DNA of 64,000 nucleotides from Candidatus Moranbacteria bacterium GW2011_GWC2_40_12 (GTDB lineage Bacteria > Patescibacteriota > Minisyncoccia > Moranbacterales > UBA11712): positions 76,923 through 140,922 of the forward strand of contig LBYD01000001.1 of the NCBI GenBank assembly GCA_000995965.1. Reading direction: 5' to 3'. How positions within the stretch are numbered: position 1 is the stretch's first letter; each line of letters begins with the position of its first letter. A program made the position numbers and the translations under genes. Positions 1-8,676 of the stretch are shown piece after piece. The notes beneath the pieces were generated by a model. It searched no databases. It was not told the origin of the DNA and saw nothing but the letters and a program-made list of their open reading frames with translations.

Positions 1-1347
1 TTTCCAAAAGTGAATTTTGATGCTTTTGTTCCGGTTGTCACTTTTGCCTGCGTGGCAACGCGCCATGATGTTTTTGATCGGTTCAAATTAAGCGAGAATT
101 TCCTCGAGGAATGCCAGGATACGGATTTTTGCCTGCGGCTTCAAGAATCCGGATTTAAAGTCCTTTATAATCCGGAATGTGAAATATATCATCTGGAAAG
201 CTCTTCGCGCGACTTCCGAAAAGGGGAGGCGGACAGACAGCTTTTGAAAAAAAGATGGGGAAAAAGAATTAATGAAATAATCACCGCCGGTAATCAAAGA
301 GTGAAATTCGAACCGGAAGAATACAAAAATTCCGTCACAATTGTCCGCGACGACGGAATTGGCGATCTTTTGATGGGAGTGAGCGCTTTCAAGAATTTTC
401 GCGAAACCCGCCTTCGCCAAGGCCCGCCTGCAACGATGTTGCAACTTCGGGCAGGCTTCGGCGGGCAAGAATATCCGGAAAGAAAATTGATCCTCGCAAC
501 CTATGAGCGCAACATCGAAATGATGGCGGGCTTTGGCATTTTTGACGAATTTATTCCGATTCCAAATGGGAAAAAATATTCCCCGCTTCCGATCCCGACA
601 GGAGAAGGAGGGAAAATATATAATTTCATTGACCTTGAAATGAGCTTCGGGCCGATTTGGGGCAATGTGAAAAATGACAACAAGATAAACCGCCATTTCG
701 TTTATTCACGAAGAATGGGGCTGGATGAGAATTTCAAGTTAGTCTCGATGCCGGATTATCCGGAGGCGAGAAAAAGAGTGGAGAAACTAATTACTAAAAT
801 AGGTGTTGATATATCCGCCAAAGGCGGATCCGCCTCTGGCGGAAATCAAAAGTTTGTCGTGTTCAATCTTGGTGCCTCCAACCCCGCCCGGAGCTGGTGG
901 GGGCCGTATTATCCGAAATTGATCGAAGCGGTTGAAAAAATGGGATTCACGCCGCTTATCCTGGGAACGAAAGACAGCGAATATTATAAAGGCGAAAAAG
1001 TAGTAAATCTGGTCGGGAAAACAAAAACAATCACGGAATTTATCGAAGCCCTGAAACTTGGAAAATACGTGATTTCCGCTGACACTAGCGCAACCCACAT
1101 CGCGGCTCTCGCCGGAATTCCGTTTCTGGCCATTTTCACCGGCGGAATGACACCGGAATCTCGTCTCAATCTTTACGAAAAATACGAAGTGCTGGCTCCG
1201 CCCAAGAGCCTCAAATGCTATCCCTGCTGGGATGAAGGCTGCAAAGATTTGTCGGTCCGATGGAAAAAAGACCCCTGCCGGCTTCTGATCAAACCGGAAG
1301 AAGTGATTGATAAATTCAAGAAGCTTGTCGAAAAATATCCAAGATAA
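1..1347 (+). CDS. Two-domain glycosyltransferase: C-terminal part of a GT2 domain fused to a GT9 (ADP-heptose:acceptor heptosyltransferase-like) domain; 5' end truncated by window edge
   Basis: N-terminal residues match end of GT2 fold (ED..D.C.R...G.K...P..E.YH.E). Downstream GT9 hallmarks: GIGDLLMG, GASNPARSWWGPYYPKLIEAV, ADTSATHIAALAGIPFLAIFTG, CYPCWDEGC. ORF runs from position 10 in frame from window start. Confidence 0.7.
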   Translation, partial: FPKVNFDAFVPVVTFACVATRHDVFDRFKLSENFLEECQDTDFCLRLQESGFKVLYNPECEIYHLESSSRDFRKGEADRQLLKKRWGKRINEIITAGNQRVKFEPEEYKNSVTIVRDDGIGDLLMGVSAFKNFRETRLRQGPPATMLQLRAGFGGQEYPERKLILATYERNIEMMAGFGIFDEFIPIPNGKKYSPLPIPTGEGGKIYNFIDLEMSFGPIWGNVKNDNKINRHFVYSRRMGLDENFKLVSMPDYPEARKRVEKLITKIGVDISAKGGSASGGNQKFVVFNLGASNPARSWWGPYYPKLIEAVEKMGFTPLILGTKDSEYYKGEKVVNLVGKTKTITEFIEALKLGKYVISADTSATHIAALAGIPFLAIFTGGMTPESRLNLYEKYEVLAPPKSLKCYPCWDEGCKDLSVRWKKDPCRLLIKPEEVIDKFKKLVEKYPR

Positions 1348-1369
1348 TATAAAAATTAAAAAAATAAAA

Positions 1370-2275
1370 ATGTGTAACAAAAAAAAGTTGCTTATTCTTT
1401 TGGTAGCGGCTTTTTCTTTCGTGCTTTTCTCAAATAAATCATTTGCCGTCACATTTGCCGTTATGGGCGATACACAAAGTTTCGAAGCTGGAAATGCGAA
1501 TGGTGCTCTGCAAAAGGCGGCAAAAAAGATAAAAAGAAAGAAAATCCGGGCGGCAATTGTAATGGGGGATTTGAAAAGTGACTGCTATAATGACACTACT
1601 TGCCTTTCATATTTCAACAACTGGAAAAGCGCGATATCTCCGATTTATAGAAAAACATATCCGGTGATGGGGAATCATGACAGGACGTATTCCGGGGCTG
1701 ACGCCATTTGGCAATCCGTTTTCAAGCTCCCGACCAATGGTCCAGAAAACTACTCCGAATTGTCATATGCTTTCAACAAGGGCAATTCTCATTTCGTTGT
1801 TCTGAACAGCTCCAAACCGGATAGCTATATCATTGATTCAAATCAGCGCAATTGGCTGGAGCAAGATCTTTCAAGAAATAGAAAAAAGAATATATTTGTT
1901 TTTTATCACATGCCGGCATTCCCGGTAAGTTCGCATATTGGGAGCGCGCTCGATCTATATCCAGAAGAACGAGATGCGCTGTGGAAAATTTTAGACCGAC
2001 ATAAGGTAACAGCTGTTTTTTCCGGACACGAACATCTTTTTGTTAGAAAAAAAATTGATTCGTCCGTTTTTTTGAGCGCGTCAAATTCAATTTATCAGTT
2101 CACGGTTGGGAACACAGACACATCAGCCTATCCTCCGCCACAAGAGGGCTCAAGTGAATACTATTATCTCGACAAACATTTCTTGATCGTAAAAGCGAAA
2201 AACAAAAAAATAACTACCGAACTATATTCAGCGGTTACTGGAAAAAAAATCAACACTTTTTCGTTCAAGAGATGA
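1370..2275 (+). CDS. Secreted calcineurin-like metallophosphoesterase
   Basis: Signal-peptide-like N-terminus (MCNKKKLLILLVAAFSFVLF). Metallophosphoesterase motifs GDTQ, GDL, GNHD, HMPAFP, SGHEH. Start chosen at internal ATG 1370 rather than table start 1307. Confidence 0.65.
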   Translation: MCNKKKLLILLVAAFSFVLFSNKSFAVTFAVMGDTQSFEAGNANGALQKAAKKIKRKKIRAAIVMGDLKSDCYNDTTCLSYFNNWKSAISPIYRKTYPVMGNHDRTYSGADAIWQSVFKLPTNGPENYSELSYAFNKGNSHFVVLNSSKPDSYIIDSNQRNWLEQDLSRNRKKNIFVFYHMPAFPVSSHIGSALDLYPEERDALWKILDRHKVTAVFSGHEHLFVRKKIDSSVFLSASNSIYQFTVGNTDTSAYPPPQEGSSEYYYLDKHFLIVKAKNKKITTELYSAVTGKKINTFSFKR

Positions 2276-2761
2276 TTATTTCTCTGCTTTTATTTTTTCT
2301 TCGATAAGCGAAGTCGAAAGGGGAATATCTTCTTTGGGAACGAGGAAAAGCTCTCCGCCATACTGGTCGAGGACTTCCGTTTCGACGCATTTTGTTCCGT
2401 ATTCGGCGCTGTTGGCGTGGACATCCGGGCGGATTTTTTCGAGCCACGAGTTGGGGATGAGGTCGTCGAAAAGAAAAACATAGTCCACATACATTATCGC
2501 CGCTAGAAGCTCTGCCCGGTATTTGTCGGGAATGATGGGCCGTCCCGGCTTTTTTTTGTATTCTTTCACGGACTTGTCGCTGTTCACGCCGACAATCAGA
2601 AGATCTCCTCTTTCTTTCGCTTTTTTGAGAAGGTCGATATGTCCGGCGTGAAAAAGGTCAAAAGAGCCGTTGGTTGTGACAATTTTTTTGCCTTCCTTTT
2701 TCGCTTCAGCGGCGATTTGCAGAATTTCGTCAAGCGATTTTATTTTTTCTTTGTGATTCAT
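2276..2761 (-). CDS. hldC: D-glycero-beta-D-manno-heptose 1-phosphate adenylyltransferase (HldE domain II-like, cytidylyltransferase fold)
   Basis: TNGSFDLFHAGHIDLL nucleotidyltransferase signature, 161 aa, last gene of gmhA-hldA-gmhB-hldC minus-strand operon. Confidence 0.75.
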   Translation of the reverse strand: MNHKEKIKSLDEILQIAAEAKKEGKKIVTTNGSFDLFHAGHIDLLKKAKERGDLLIVGVNSDKSVKEYKKKPGRPIIPDKYRAELLAAIMYVDYVFLFDDLIPNSWLEKIRPDVHANSAEYGTKCVETEVLDQYGGELFLVPKEDIPLSTSLIEEKIKAEK

Positions 2762-2803
2762 ATGCTTTTACGAATTACGAATCAATTACGAATATACGAA
2801 TTA
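2762..2803 (-). repeat. Four tandem TACGAAT (minus strand: ATTCGTA / GTAATTC) heptad-like repeats filling the gmhB-hldC intergenic spacer, ending 6 nt before the hldC start codon
   Basis: Copies at about 2769, 2776, 2788, 2795 read directly from sequence. Same motif recurs upstream of pyrG, a GT4, rtcB, wzx and def. Confidence 0.6.
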
Positions 2804-3352
2804 TTATTTTTGCACAATAAATTTGGCCGCGTCGAGCAGGTCTTCGGCGATATATTCTACGTCCGTCTTGTGCTTTTCATCCGAGCCGCCCTTACCCGTT
2901 TTGACGAGGATTGATCTGATCCCGAAATTTTTTCCGCACTTCACGTCGGCCCATTTGTCTCCGATCATCCAGGAATTCGCATTGTCAATTTCAAAATCTT
3001 TTTCGGCCTGTTCAAGCATTCCAGGAGCAGGCTTTCGGCAATTTGAAGTTTTCTTGTATTTTCCAATTCCTTCGGGATGGTAGGGGGAAAAGTATGTTTT
3101 CAGAATTTCTATTCCGTTTTTTTTGAGTTCTTTTTCAACGTGGTTGTTGAAATTCCAAAAATCTTTCTCCGCATAATAGCCCCGGCCGATGCCTGACTGG
3201 TTGGTGATGATAATGAAATGAAATCCGTTTTGTTCAAGAATTTTCAGGCCGGGAATCACGTTTTTTTCAAATTCAAAATCTTCTATTTTATAAACATAAT
3301 TATGGTCGACATTGATCACCCCGTCGCGGTCGAGGAAAATTATTTTTTTCAT
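2804..3352 (-). CDS. gmhB: D-glycero-D-manno-heptose 1,7-bisphosphate phosphatase (HAD family, GmhB-like)
   Basis: FLDRDGVIN HAD motif I, IITNQSG motif II, GDKWADV motif IV; 182 aa. Confidence 0.75.
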   Translation of the reverse strand: MKKIIFLDRDGVINVDHNYVYKIEDFEFEKNVIPGLKILEQNGFHFIIITNQSGIGRGYYAEKDFWNFNNHVEKELKKNGIEILKTYFSPYHPEGIGKYKKTSNCRKPAPGMLEQAEKDFEIDNANSWMIGDKWADVKCGKNFGIRSILVKTGKGGSDEKHKTDVEYIAEDLLDAAKFIVQK

Positions 3353-3397
3353 AAGTTATCTGAAATTCAATGCCGGGGGAACCCCAACATTGAAAGT

Positions 3398-4435
3398 TTA
3401 CTCTCCGATCCAATCCAGAAGTTCTTCTTTCGTCACCACTGAAGTCCCGAATTTGCGGATGGCGACCTGCGAAGCGGCAGTGGCAAGCTCCAATGCTTCG
3501 TGCATTTTCGCGCCGCCGGCATAGGAAGCGATGAGCAATGCGGCGACTGTGTCTCCGGCTCCGGCGATGTCGAATTGCTCTTCGACTTCCCGGGGCCGGA
3601 CGAAATAGGGTTCTTTTCGGGGTTCGAAATAAACCGTTCCTTTTTTTCCTCGGGTGATGAAAATATGGATCGGAATTTCTTTCTGAATTATGCTCGCGAT
3701 CTCGATGATTTCGCTGTCCGTGGTTCCGTCTTTGTCAAAACCACTCATTATTTTGGCCGTTTCAACTGATTCCACCCGGTTGGGTTTCAGGAAGAACAGT
3801 TCGGGATTTTTGATGAAGCTTTTGAATTTCACGAAGGTGTTTTGTTTGAGATCGGCGAAAATTGGAATATTTTTTTCGCTTGAAATGTCAATAATTTTCT
3901 TGAAAACTTTTTCCGTGAGAAATCCCTTTGCGTAATCATGGACGGAAATAACAGCCGGGTTCATTTCTTTGGCAAGGCTTTCGAGATATGCCGATATCTC
4001 ATTTTCTTTTTCCTTGTTCAAGGGGCGGGTATCCTCCATATCTACCCGGGCAACATGCTGGGTAGTGGTTTTTATCGCCTTCACCCTCAATTTGAGGGTT
4101 GTTTTGCGGTCCGCATCAAGGCTGAAATGGGTGATTATTCCGCATTTTTTGTATTCTTCTTCCATCACTTCTGTATATCTTATTCTTCCTTTTTCACCAA
4201 TGACACCAACGAGGTGCGGCGTGAGGCCAATCGCTGCCATGCAATTCGCCGCGTTTCCGGCGCCCCCCGGAAAAAATTGCTCATCCTCCACCGCGATCAC
4301 GGGAACAGGAGCTTCCTGGGAAAATCTTTCGACGGGGCCGGTGAGATAAGCGTCAAGCATCACGTCGCCGCAGGCCAATACTGGCGCGTCTTTAGCATTT
4401 TTCAGGATTTTTTTGGCTCTTTCTATTGTTAGCAT
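3398..4435 (-). CDS. hldA: D-glycero-beta-D-manno-heptose 7-phosphate kinase (pfkB ribokinase-family, HldE domain I-like)
   Basis: pfkB-family features: LACGDVMLD N-terminus, GGAGNAA, C-terminal DIAGAGDT anion-hole motif; 345 aa. Confidence 0.7.
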   Translation of the reverse strand: MLTIERAKKILKNAKDAPVLACGDVMLDAYLTGPVERFSQEAPVPVIAVEDEQFFPGGAGNAANCMAAIGLTPHLVGVIGEKGRIRYTEVMEEEYKKCGIITHFSLDADRKTTLKLRVKAIKTTTQHVARVDMEDTRPLNKEKENEISAYLESLAKEMNPAVISVHDYAKGFLTEKVFKKIIDISSEKNIPIFADLKQNTFVKFKSFIKNPELFFLKPNRVESVETAKIMSGFDKDGTTDSEIIEIASIIQKEIPIHIFITRGKKGTVYFEPRKEPYFVRPREVEEQFDIAGAGDTVAALLIASYAGGAKMHEALELATAASQVAIRKFGTSVVTKEELLDWIGE

Positions 4436-4549
4436 AAAAATGGAACGAAAATTCTAAACCCCAAGCTCAAAATTCTAAACAATTTCAAAATTAAAACGGA
4501 CGAAATTCAAAAGAGTATTGAAAACTTAGATTCTGGCATTTGGAGTTAT

Positions 4550-5125
4550 TTAGGATTTACTGAAGAAATATTTCTCAACTTCTTCGCAGATCCAGTGGAT
4601 TGCCATCAAGTGGATTTCCTGAATAAGGGGTATATCCCTTGACGGAATAATAATCGCGGCATCAGCCAAATTTTTCATTTTCCCCCCGTCATTTCCAAGG
4701 AGGGCTATGTTCTTGACCCCTTTCTTTTTAGCAGATTCCATGGCTTTTAGGCAATTGCCTGAATTTCCGCTGGTGCTGATAGAAAACAGGACATCATTTT
4801 CCCCTCCCAAACTTTCGACGAAGCGGAAAAATATGCCCTCGTAGCCGTAATCATTTCCGACGGCGGTCGTCGTTGCCAGATCGTACAAAGATATCGCGGG
4901 CAAAGCCGGCCGGTCAAAAGCAAAGCGTCCGACAAATTCTCCGACCATATGCGAGGCTTGTGTTGCGCTTCCTCCGTTCCCGCAGGTCATCAACTTTCCT
5001 CTGTTTTCTAGCGATTTGACAATAGTATTGCGCGCAGATTCGAGAGAATCCAGAAAAACTTTGTCTTTTGCCAGCAAATTTTGCAATTCGGCCGATTGCT
5101 TGAGCTTATTTTGCATTGATTTCAT
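4550..5125 (-). CDS. gmhA: Phosphoheptose isomerase (SIS domain)
   Basis: SIS-domain protein with CGNGGSA and ISTSGNS motifs; 191 aa; first gene of the heptose operon. Confidence 0.8.
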   Translation of the reverse strand: MKSMQNKLKQSAELQNLLAKDKVFLDSLESARNTIVKSLENRGKLMTCGNGGSATQASHMVGEFVGRFAFDRPALPAISLYDLATTTAVGNDYGYEGIFFRFVESLGGENDVLFSISTSGNSGNCLKAMESAKKKGVKNIALLGNDGGKMKNLADAAIIIPSRDIPLIQEIHLMAIHWICEEVEKYFFSKS

Positions 5126-5139
5126 ATTTACTGTATAAT
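5111..5139 (+). promoter_or_regulatory. Candidate sigma70 promoter (TTGCAT, 17-bp spacer, TGTATAAT extended -10) for the repeat-protein gene; overlaps gmhA start codon on the opposite strand
   Basis: Read directly: ttgcat tgatttcatatttactg tataat about 35 nt upstream of ATG 5176. Confidence 0.4.
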
Positions 5140-5175
5140 TATATCAGCCAAACATAGCTTTATTAAAACAAAAAA

Positions 5176-5925
5176 ATGGACAAAAGACAAATCAGCAGCG
5201 TGATTATTGTCGCGCTGGCGATCACTTTCATCGGAGCTTCAGTCGCGAGCTCGAAAATCAAGACGCTGAAGAAAATAAAGGCGGGAAGCATCACGAATCC
5301 CTATATTGCCGACGGTGCGGTGAATTCCGCCAAAATCCAGGATGGGACAGTTTCGAACGCCGATTATTCCGACAATTCCGTCACAACCGGGAAAATAGCG
5401 GATGGAGAGGTCAGCACGGACGATCTCGCGAATAATGCGGTAACAACAGGAAAAATTTCGGATGGGACGATCGCGGCAGGGGATTTGGCTGATAGCTCGG
5501 TGACTTCGGCAAAAATTTCGGACGGAGCTATTGTCAACACGGATATAAATTCCTCGGCGGCCATCGCCGGAACGAAAATTTCGCCAAATTTTGGAAGCCA
5601 GGATGTGACAACAACGGAAGATGTTAACGCGACAAACGGTGCCGGTAATTTCTTAAGAGTAACAGTCGGAGATACCCTTGCTGGAACAGGTGGCGGACTG
5701 TATGTCGATGACGAGCTTACCGCTAACGGACTTCAAATAAATCCTTCTGATGCGTCAACAGGTGACGCAGATTCAGCAACTACGCCAACCGATGAAACAT
5801 GCAATAGTAATAATTGGGGAACTTATGAATTTGTGGATGACACGGACAGTCCCGCTGGATGGCTGTGGATTTGCCAGCGATCCGGTCCCGATACCTATGC
5901 ATGGGTGAGAGTAAGCGGCCCTTGA
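5176..5925 (+). CDS. Membrane-anchored repetitive surface protein with about four 20-aa tandem repeats (xxVTTGKIsDGxvxxxDLAD) and a Cys/Trp-containing C-terminal domain
   Basis: N-terminal TM (ISSVIIVALAITFIGASVA). Repeats NSVTTGKIADGEVSTDDLAN / NAVTTGKISDGTIAAGDLAD / SSVTSAKISDGAIVNTDINS. Followed by a bidirectional terminator. Confidence 0.6.
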   Translation: MDKRQISSVIIVALAITFIGASVASSKIKTLKKIKAGSITNPYIADGAVNSAKIQDGTVSNADYSDNSVTTGKIADGEVSTDDLANNAVTTGKISDGTIAAGDLADSSVTSAKISDGAIVNTDINSSAAIAGTKISPNFGSQDVTTTEDVNATNGAGNFLRVTVGDTLAGTGGGLYVDDELTANGLQINPSDASTGDADSATTPTDETCNSNNWGTYEFVDDTDSPAGWLWICQRSGPDTYAWVRVSGP

Positions 5926-5970
5926 TTTGTTTGATTTAATTCGATTGGAATTGGCTTGGTTATTCAAAAT

Positions 5971-6004
5971 AAAAAAGGCCCGATGCTTTATCGGGTCTTT
6001 TTTG
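5971..6004. terminator. Bidirectional rho-independent terminator (GGCCCGAT...ATCGGGTC, A-run upstream and T-run downstream) between convergent genes
   Basis: aaaaaaGGCCCGATgctttATCGGGTCtttttt read from sequence. Confidence 0.6.
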
Positions 6005-6005
6005 A

Positions 6006-6938
6006 CTATTTGTTATTGTTTTTCTGAAACCACTCGTATGTTTTCCTAATTCCCGTTTTGAAGTCGGTTTTTGGCGTCCATCTAAAATTCTCTTTTATTT
6101 TCGCGTAGGAAAGGCAGCTGGTTTTTTGCTCGCCGATTTTGGCTGGTCCGTGAACTTCTTTGAATTTTTTTCCGAAATACTTGTTTATTTCTCGGAATAT
6201 GCCGTTTACACTCGTTTCTTTGCCGGTGCTGGCATTATATATTCCTACTTTGTCGAATTTTTCAAGCGCCTGCAGATTTGCCGAAGTTATATCGTCAATG
6301 AAAATGAAGTCCCTCGTTTGTTTTCCACTTCCGTTGATTACGGGTTGCTTTCCATTCATCATCATGTGGAGAAAAATCGCAATTACATTTACTTCTCCAT
6401 GGGGGTTTTGCCGCGGTCCATACACATTCGGATAGCGAAGAGCGGCAAATTTCAGCCCGTGGACCTTGTTGGCATAATGCAAGAATTTTTCAACGGAAAG
6501 CTTTCCAACTCCGTAGGGAGAGACGGGCCAAGGCTCGACGGTTTCCGGAGTGGGGAGGACGCGCGTGTCGCCGTAGAGGGCACCGCCGGTTGACGAAAAT
6601 ATGAATTTTTTGACTTTGTATCGGCAGGCGAGTTCAATAAGATTCATGCTTGCCAAAATATTATTATTCCCTTCGAAAAGGGGATCGGCGACGGATTTTC
6701 GAAGGTCTATTTGCGCCGCGAGATGGAAAATGACCTCCGGTTTTTCTTTTTTGACGGTAGCTTCAGTTTTTTTGTGATTGGTGAGGTCAGCTTTGAAAAA
6801 TTTTGCCTCGGGATTGATATTTTTCTCAAATCCGGTGGAAAGATTATCAATCACCAAAACCCGATGCTTCTTTTCAACAAGAGCATCGACCAGATGCGAA
6901 CCAATGAATCCCGCGCCTCCCGTGACCAAGATTTTCAT
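6006..6938 (-). CDS. NAD-dependent nucleotide-sugar epimerase/dehydratase (extended SDR, GalE/UDP-xylose synthase-like)
   Basis: VTGGAGFIGSHL Rossmann motif and YxxxK (SPYGVGK) catalytic motif; 310 aa. Confidence 0.8.
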   Translation of the reverse strand: MKILVTGGAGFIGSHLVDALVEKKHRVLVIDNLSTGFEKNINPEAKFFKADLTNHKKTEATVKKEKPEVIFHLAAQIDLRKSVADPLFEGNNNILASMNLIELACRYKVKKFIFSSTGGALYGDTRVLPTPETVEPWPVSPYGVGKLSVEKFLHYANKVHGLKFAALRYPNVYGPRQNPHGEVNVIAIFLHMMMNGKQPVINGSGKQTRDFIFIDDITSANLQALEKFDKVGIYNASTGKETSVNGIFREINKYFGKKFKEVHGPAKIGEQKTSCLSYAKIKENFRWTPKTDFKTGIRKTYEWFQKNNNK

Positions 6939-6989
6939 AGTGTTTTTTCCAAAGCTAAGCTTTCGGATTTTCCTAAAGCTCAGCTTTTT

Positions 6990-8582
6990 TTATTTTATCT
7001 TCCAAATGATTGAAATGGTTTTCGACTCGATATTTTGCGCGAGACCCCATTTTTTTTCAGACGGTTCCAGAAAATTGTTATCTATTTCAATTACATCGAA
7101 AGTCCTGCTTTTGACCAGATCGGTATACCAAGTTTTTTCTTCAGCGACGGGTCCCAGGATAAAGATGTTCTCATAGCCATTCTGGTCGATGTATTTCAGG
7201 TCATCTGCGTTAAAAAAATAGACGGCTTTTTTGCCAAAAAGAGATGTCATGGGATCGCTAAGAAGCGAGAATCCGCTGCCAGTGGCCATTCGATCGACCA
7301 AAATCAGATCATTCGGGCCGAATTTTTCGGCTATTTTTTCAATTTGGGGCAAAAGATCTCTATTTTCCGAAAGAGTGAGAAAGCGCCAGCTCACGACGAC
7401 GTTTGCCGTGATAAGGGCCGCAAGGGTGATATAGAGAAATATTTTGTGATAGAAAAACCGGTTGAGAAAATATATCGAGTAAAAAATCAGGATTGGAAAA
7501 ACGGCAAAAACGAACCGGCGCAGCATCCACGGGTCATCAAGAGAAATCATCGGTGAAATAAGATAGAAAAAAGCCGGAAAAGTGAGGAGTATTGGAATAT
7601 ATTCCGGCTTTAGCCAGTTTTTTTTCACTTTTTTTGCGAGCCAGCCGATTCCAGCGAGACCAAGAATGAGATAAGCCAAAATGTTATAGCTCAAAAACAC
7701 AGTCGCGAGATGCGAATACAGGCCAGATGAGGGTGCGGAATCTTTGGTTGAGTCGGGCAGAAAAGCTTTTGTGAAATTTTTGGCGCTGTCAGTCAGATCA
7801 TGATAATTCAGAAAAATATAGAGGGCAGAGAGCAACAATGTGGAAATTAGCAGATATTTTATGAAATTTTTTGAAAGCGGGATTGTATTTTTTCTGTTAA
7901 GGAAATAAATATAGCCGGCGGCAAGGAGATAAAAAACTATTCCCTCGATTCTGGTGAGCGCCGAAAGAGCGAAAAAGAGCAAAGAAATTTGCAGAAAGCG
8001 GTTATCCATATTTTTAGACGTTGGACGTCTAAAAGAAAGCAGAAAATAAATTCCCGCCCAGACGAGAAAAAGCATGAAGATTTCCGTGAGCGCGTATTTG
8101 GCAAACCAAGGGAAAGGAAAAAAAGTCGCGGCGATGAGAAACCCGAGAAGGGAAACTTTCTCGGAAAAAAACTGGCGAAGTGCGAGCCAAAATAATACCA
8201 GAAACAAAGCCAGGTGGAGGAAGTTGGCATACTGGATTCCCTTCAATCCCAACGCGGCATAAAAAACGGCCAGATAGGCGATAAAAGCTTTTGGGAAGCG
8301 GGTTATCAGCTTTCCATCCTTGGTATAGTCAAAACCGGGGAAGTTGAGGGCTCTGCCTTGCCCGTATTTTTGAAATAAGTCGTTTGATGAGGGAGCGGAG
8401 AAAACAAATGATTTGTGTTTTACGAGATCGATCGCGGCGGTTGCGATGGCGCCCTGATCTCGCCCCCCGAAAACAGTTGGAGTCGCGAAATAGCAAGTCG
8501 TGAAAGAAATAGCAAGAGAAATTGCGATGACTACGAGAAAATAATTCCTGTTTCCCTTTTTTTTGGGAGATTGGTGTTCCAT
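6990..8582 (-). CDS. Polytopic membrane protein, putative GT-C-fold glycosyltransferase (PMT/ArnT-like) with C-terminal extracytoplasmic domain
   Basis: At least 10 predicted TM helices followed by soluble C-terminal domain. Start moved to ATG 8582 (MEHQSPKKKG) because table ORF upstream part lacks coding character. Adjacent to polyprenyl-phosphate GT2. Confidence 0.5.
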   Translation of the reverse strand: MEHQSPKKKGNRNYFLVVIAISLAISFTTCYFATPTVFGGRDQGAIATAAIDLVKHKSFVFSAPSSNDLFQKYGQGRALNFPGFDYTKDGKLITRFPKAFIAYLAVFYAALGLKGIQYANFLHLALFLVLFWLALRQFFSEKVSLLGFLIAATFFPFPWFAKYALTEIFMLFLVWAGIYFLLSFRRPTSKNMDNRFLQISLLFFALSALTRIEGIVFYLLAAGYIYFLNRKNTIPLSKNFIKYLLISTLLLSALYIFLNYHDLTDSAKNFTKAFLPDSTKDSAPSSGLYSHLATVFLSYNILAYLILGLAGIGWLAKKVKKNWLKPEYIPILLTFPAFFYLISPMISLDDPWMLRRFVFAVFPILIFYSIYFLNRFFYHKIFLYITLAALITANVVVSWRFLTLSENRDLLPQIEKIAEKFGPNDLILVDRMATGSGFSLLSDPMTSLFGKKAVYFFNADDLKYIDQNGYENIFILGPVAEEKTWYTDLVKSRTFDVIEIDNNFLEPSEKKWGLAQNIESKTISIIWKIK

Positions 8583-8676
8583 TGTATTTCTTATTGACAA
8601 AAGTATAGTAATGTTATAGAATATAGTTTCAAAATTAACAAAAAAACAATAAATGAAAAGGGAGGCAGGCCGGTCA

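Noticed and set aside
88-1452. Antisense ORFs (88..696-, 501..683-, 787..1452-, 984..1169-) inside the GT2-GT9 gene
   Set aside because: They lie fully within a well-supported coding region on the other strand and show low-complexity, stop-avoiding shadow composition.
3500-4432. Plus-strand ORFs 3500..3769, 3690..3935, 3938..4432, 3969..4349 opposite hldA
   Set aside because: Shadow ORFs of the pfkB kinase gene; no motifs, biased composition.
4450-4484. Duplicated aaaattctaaac dodecamer in the gmhA-hldA intergenic spacer
   Set aside because: Short, AT-rich and within an operon-internal spacer. Could be chance in AT-rich DNA. Noted but not elevated to a finding.
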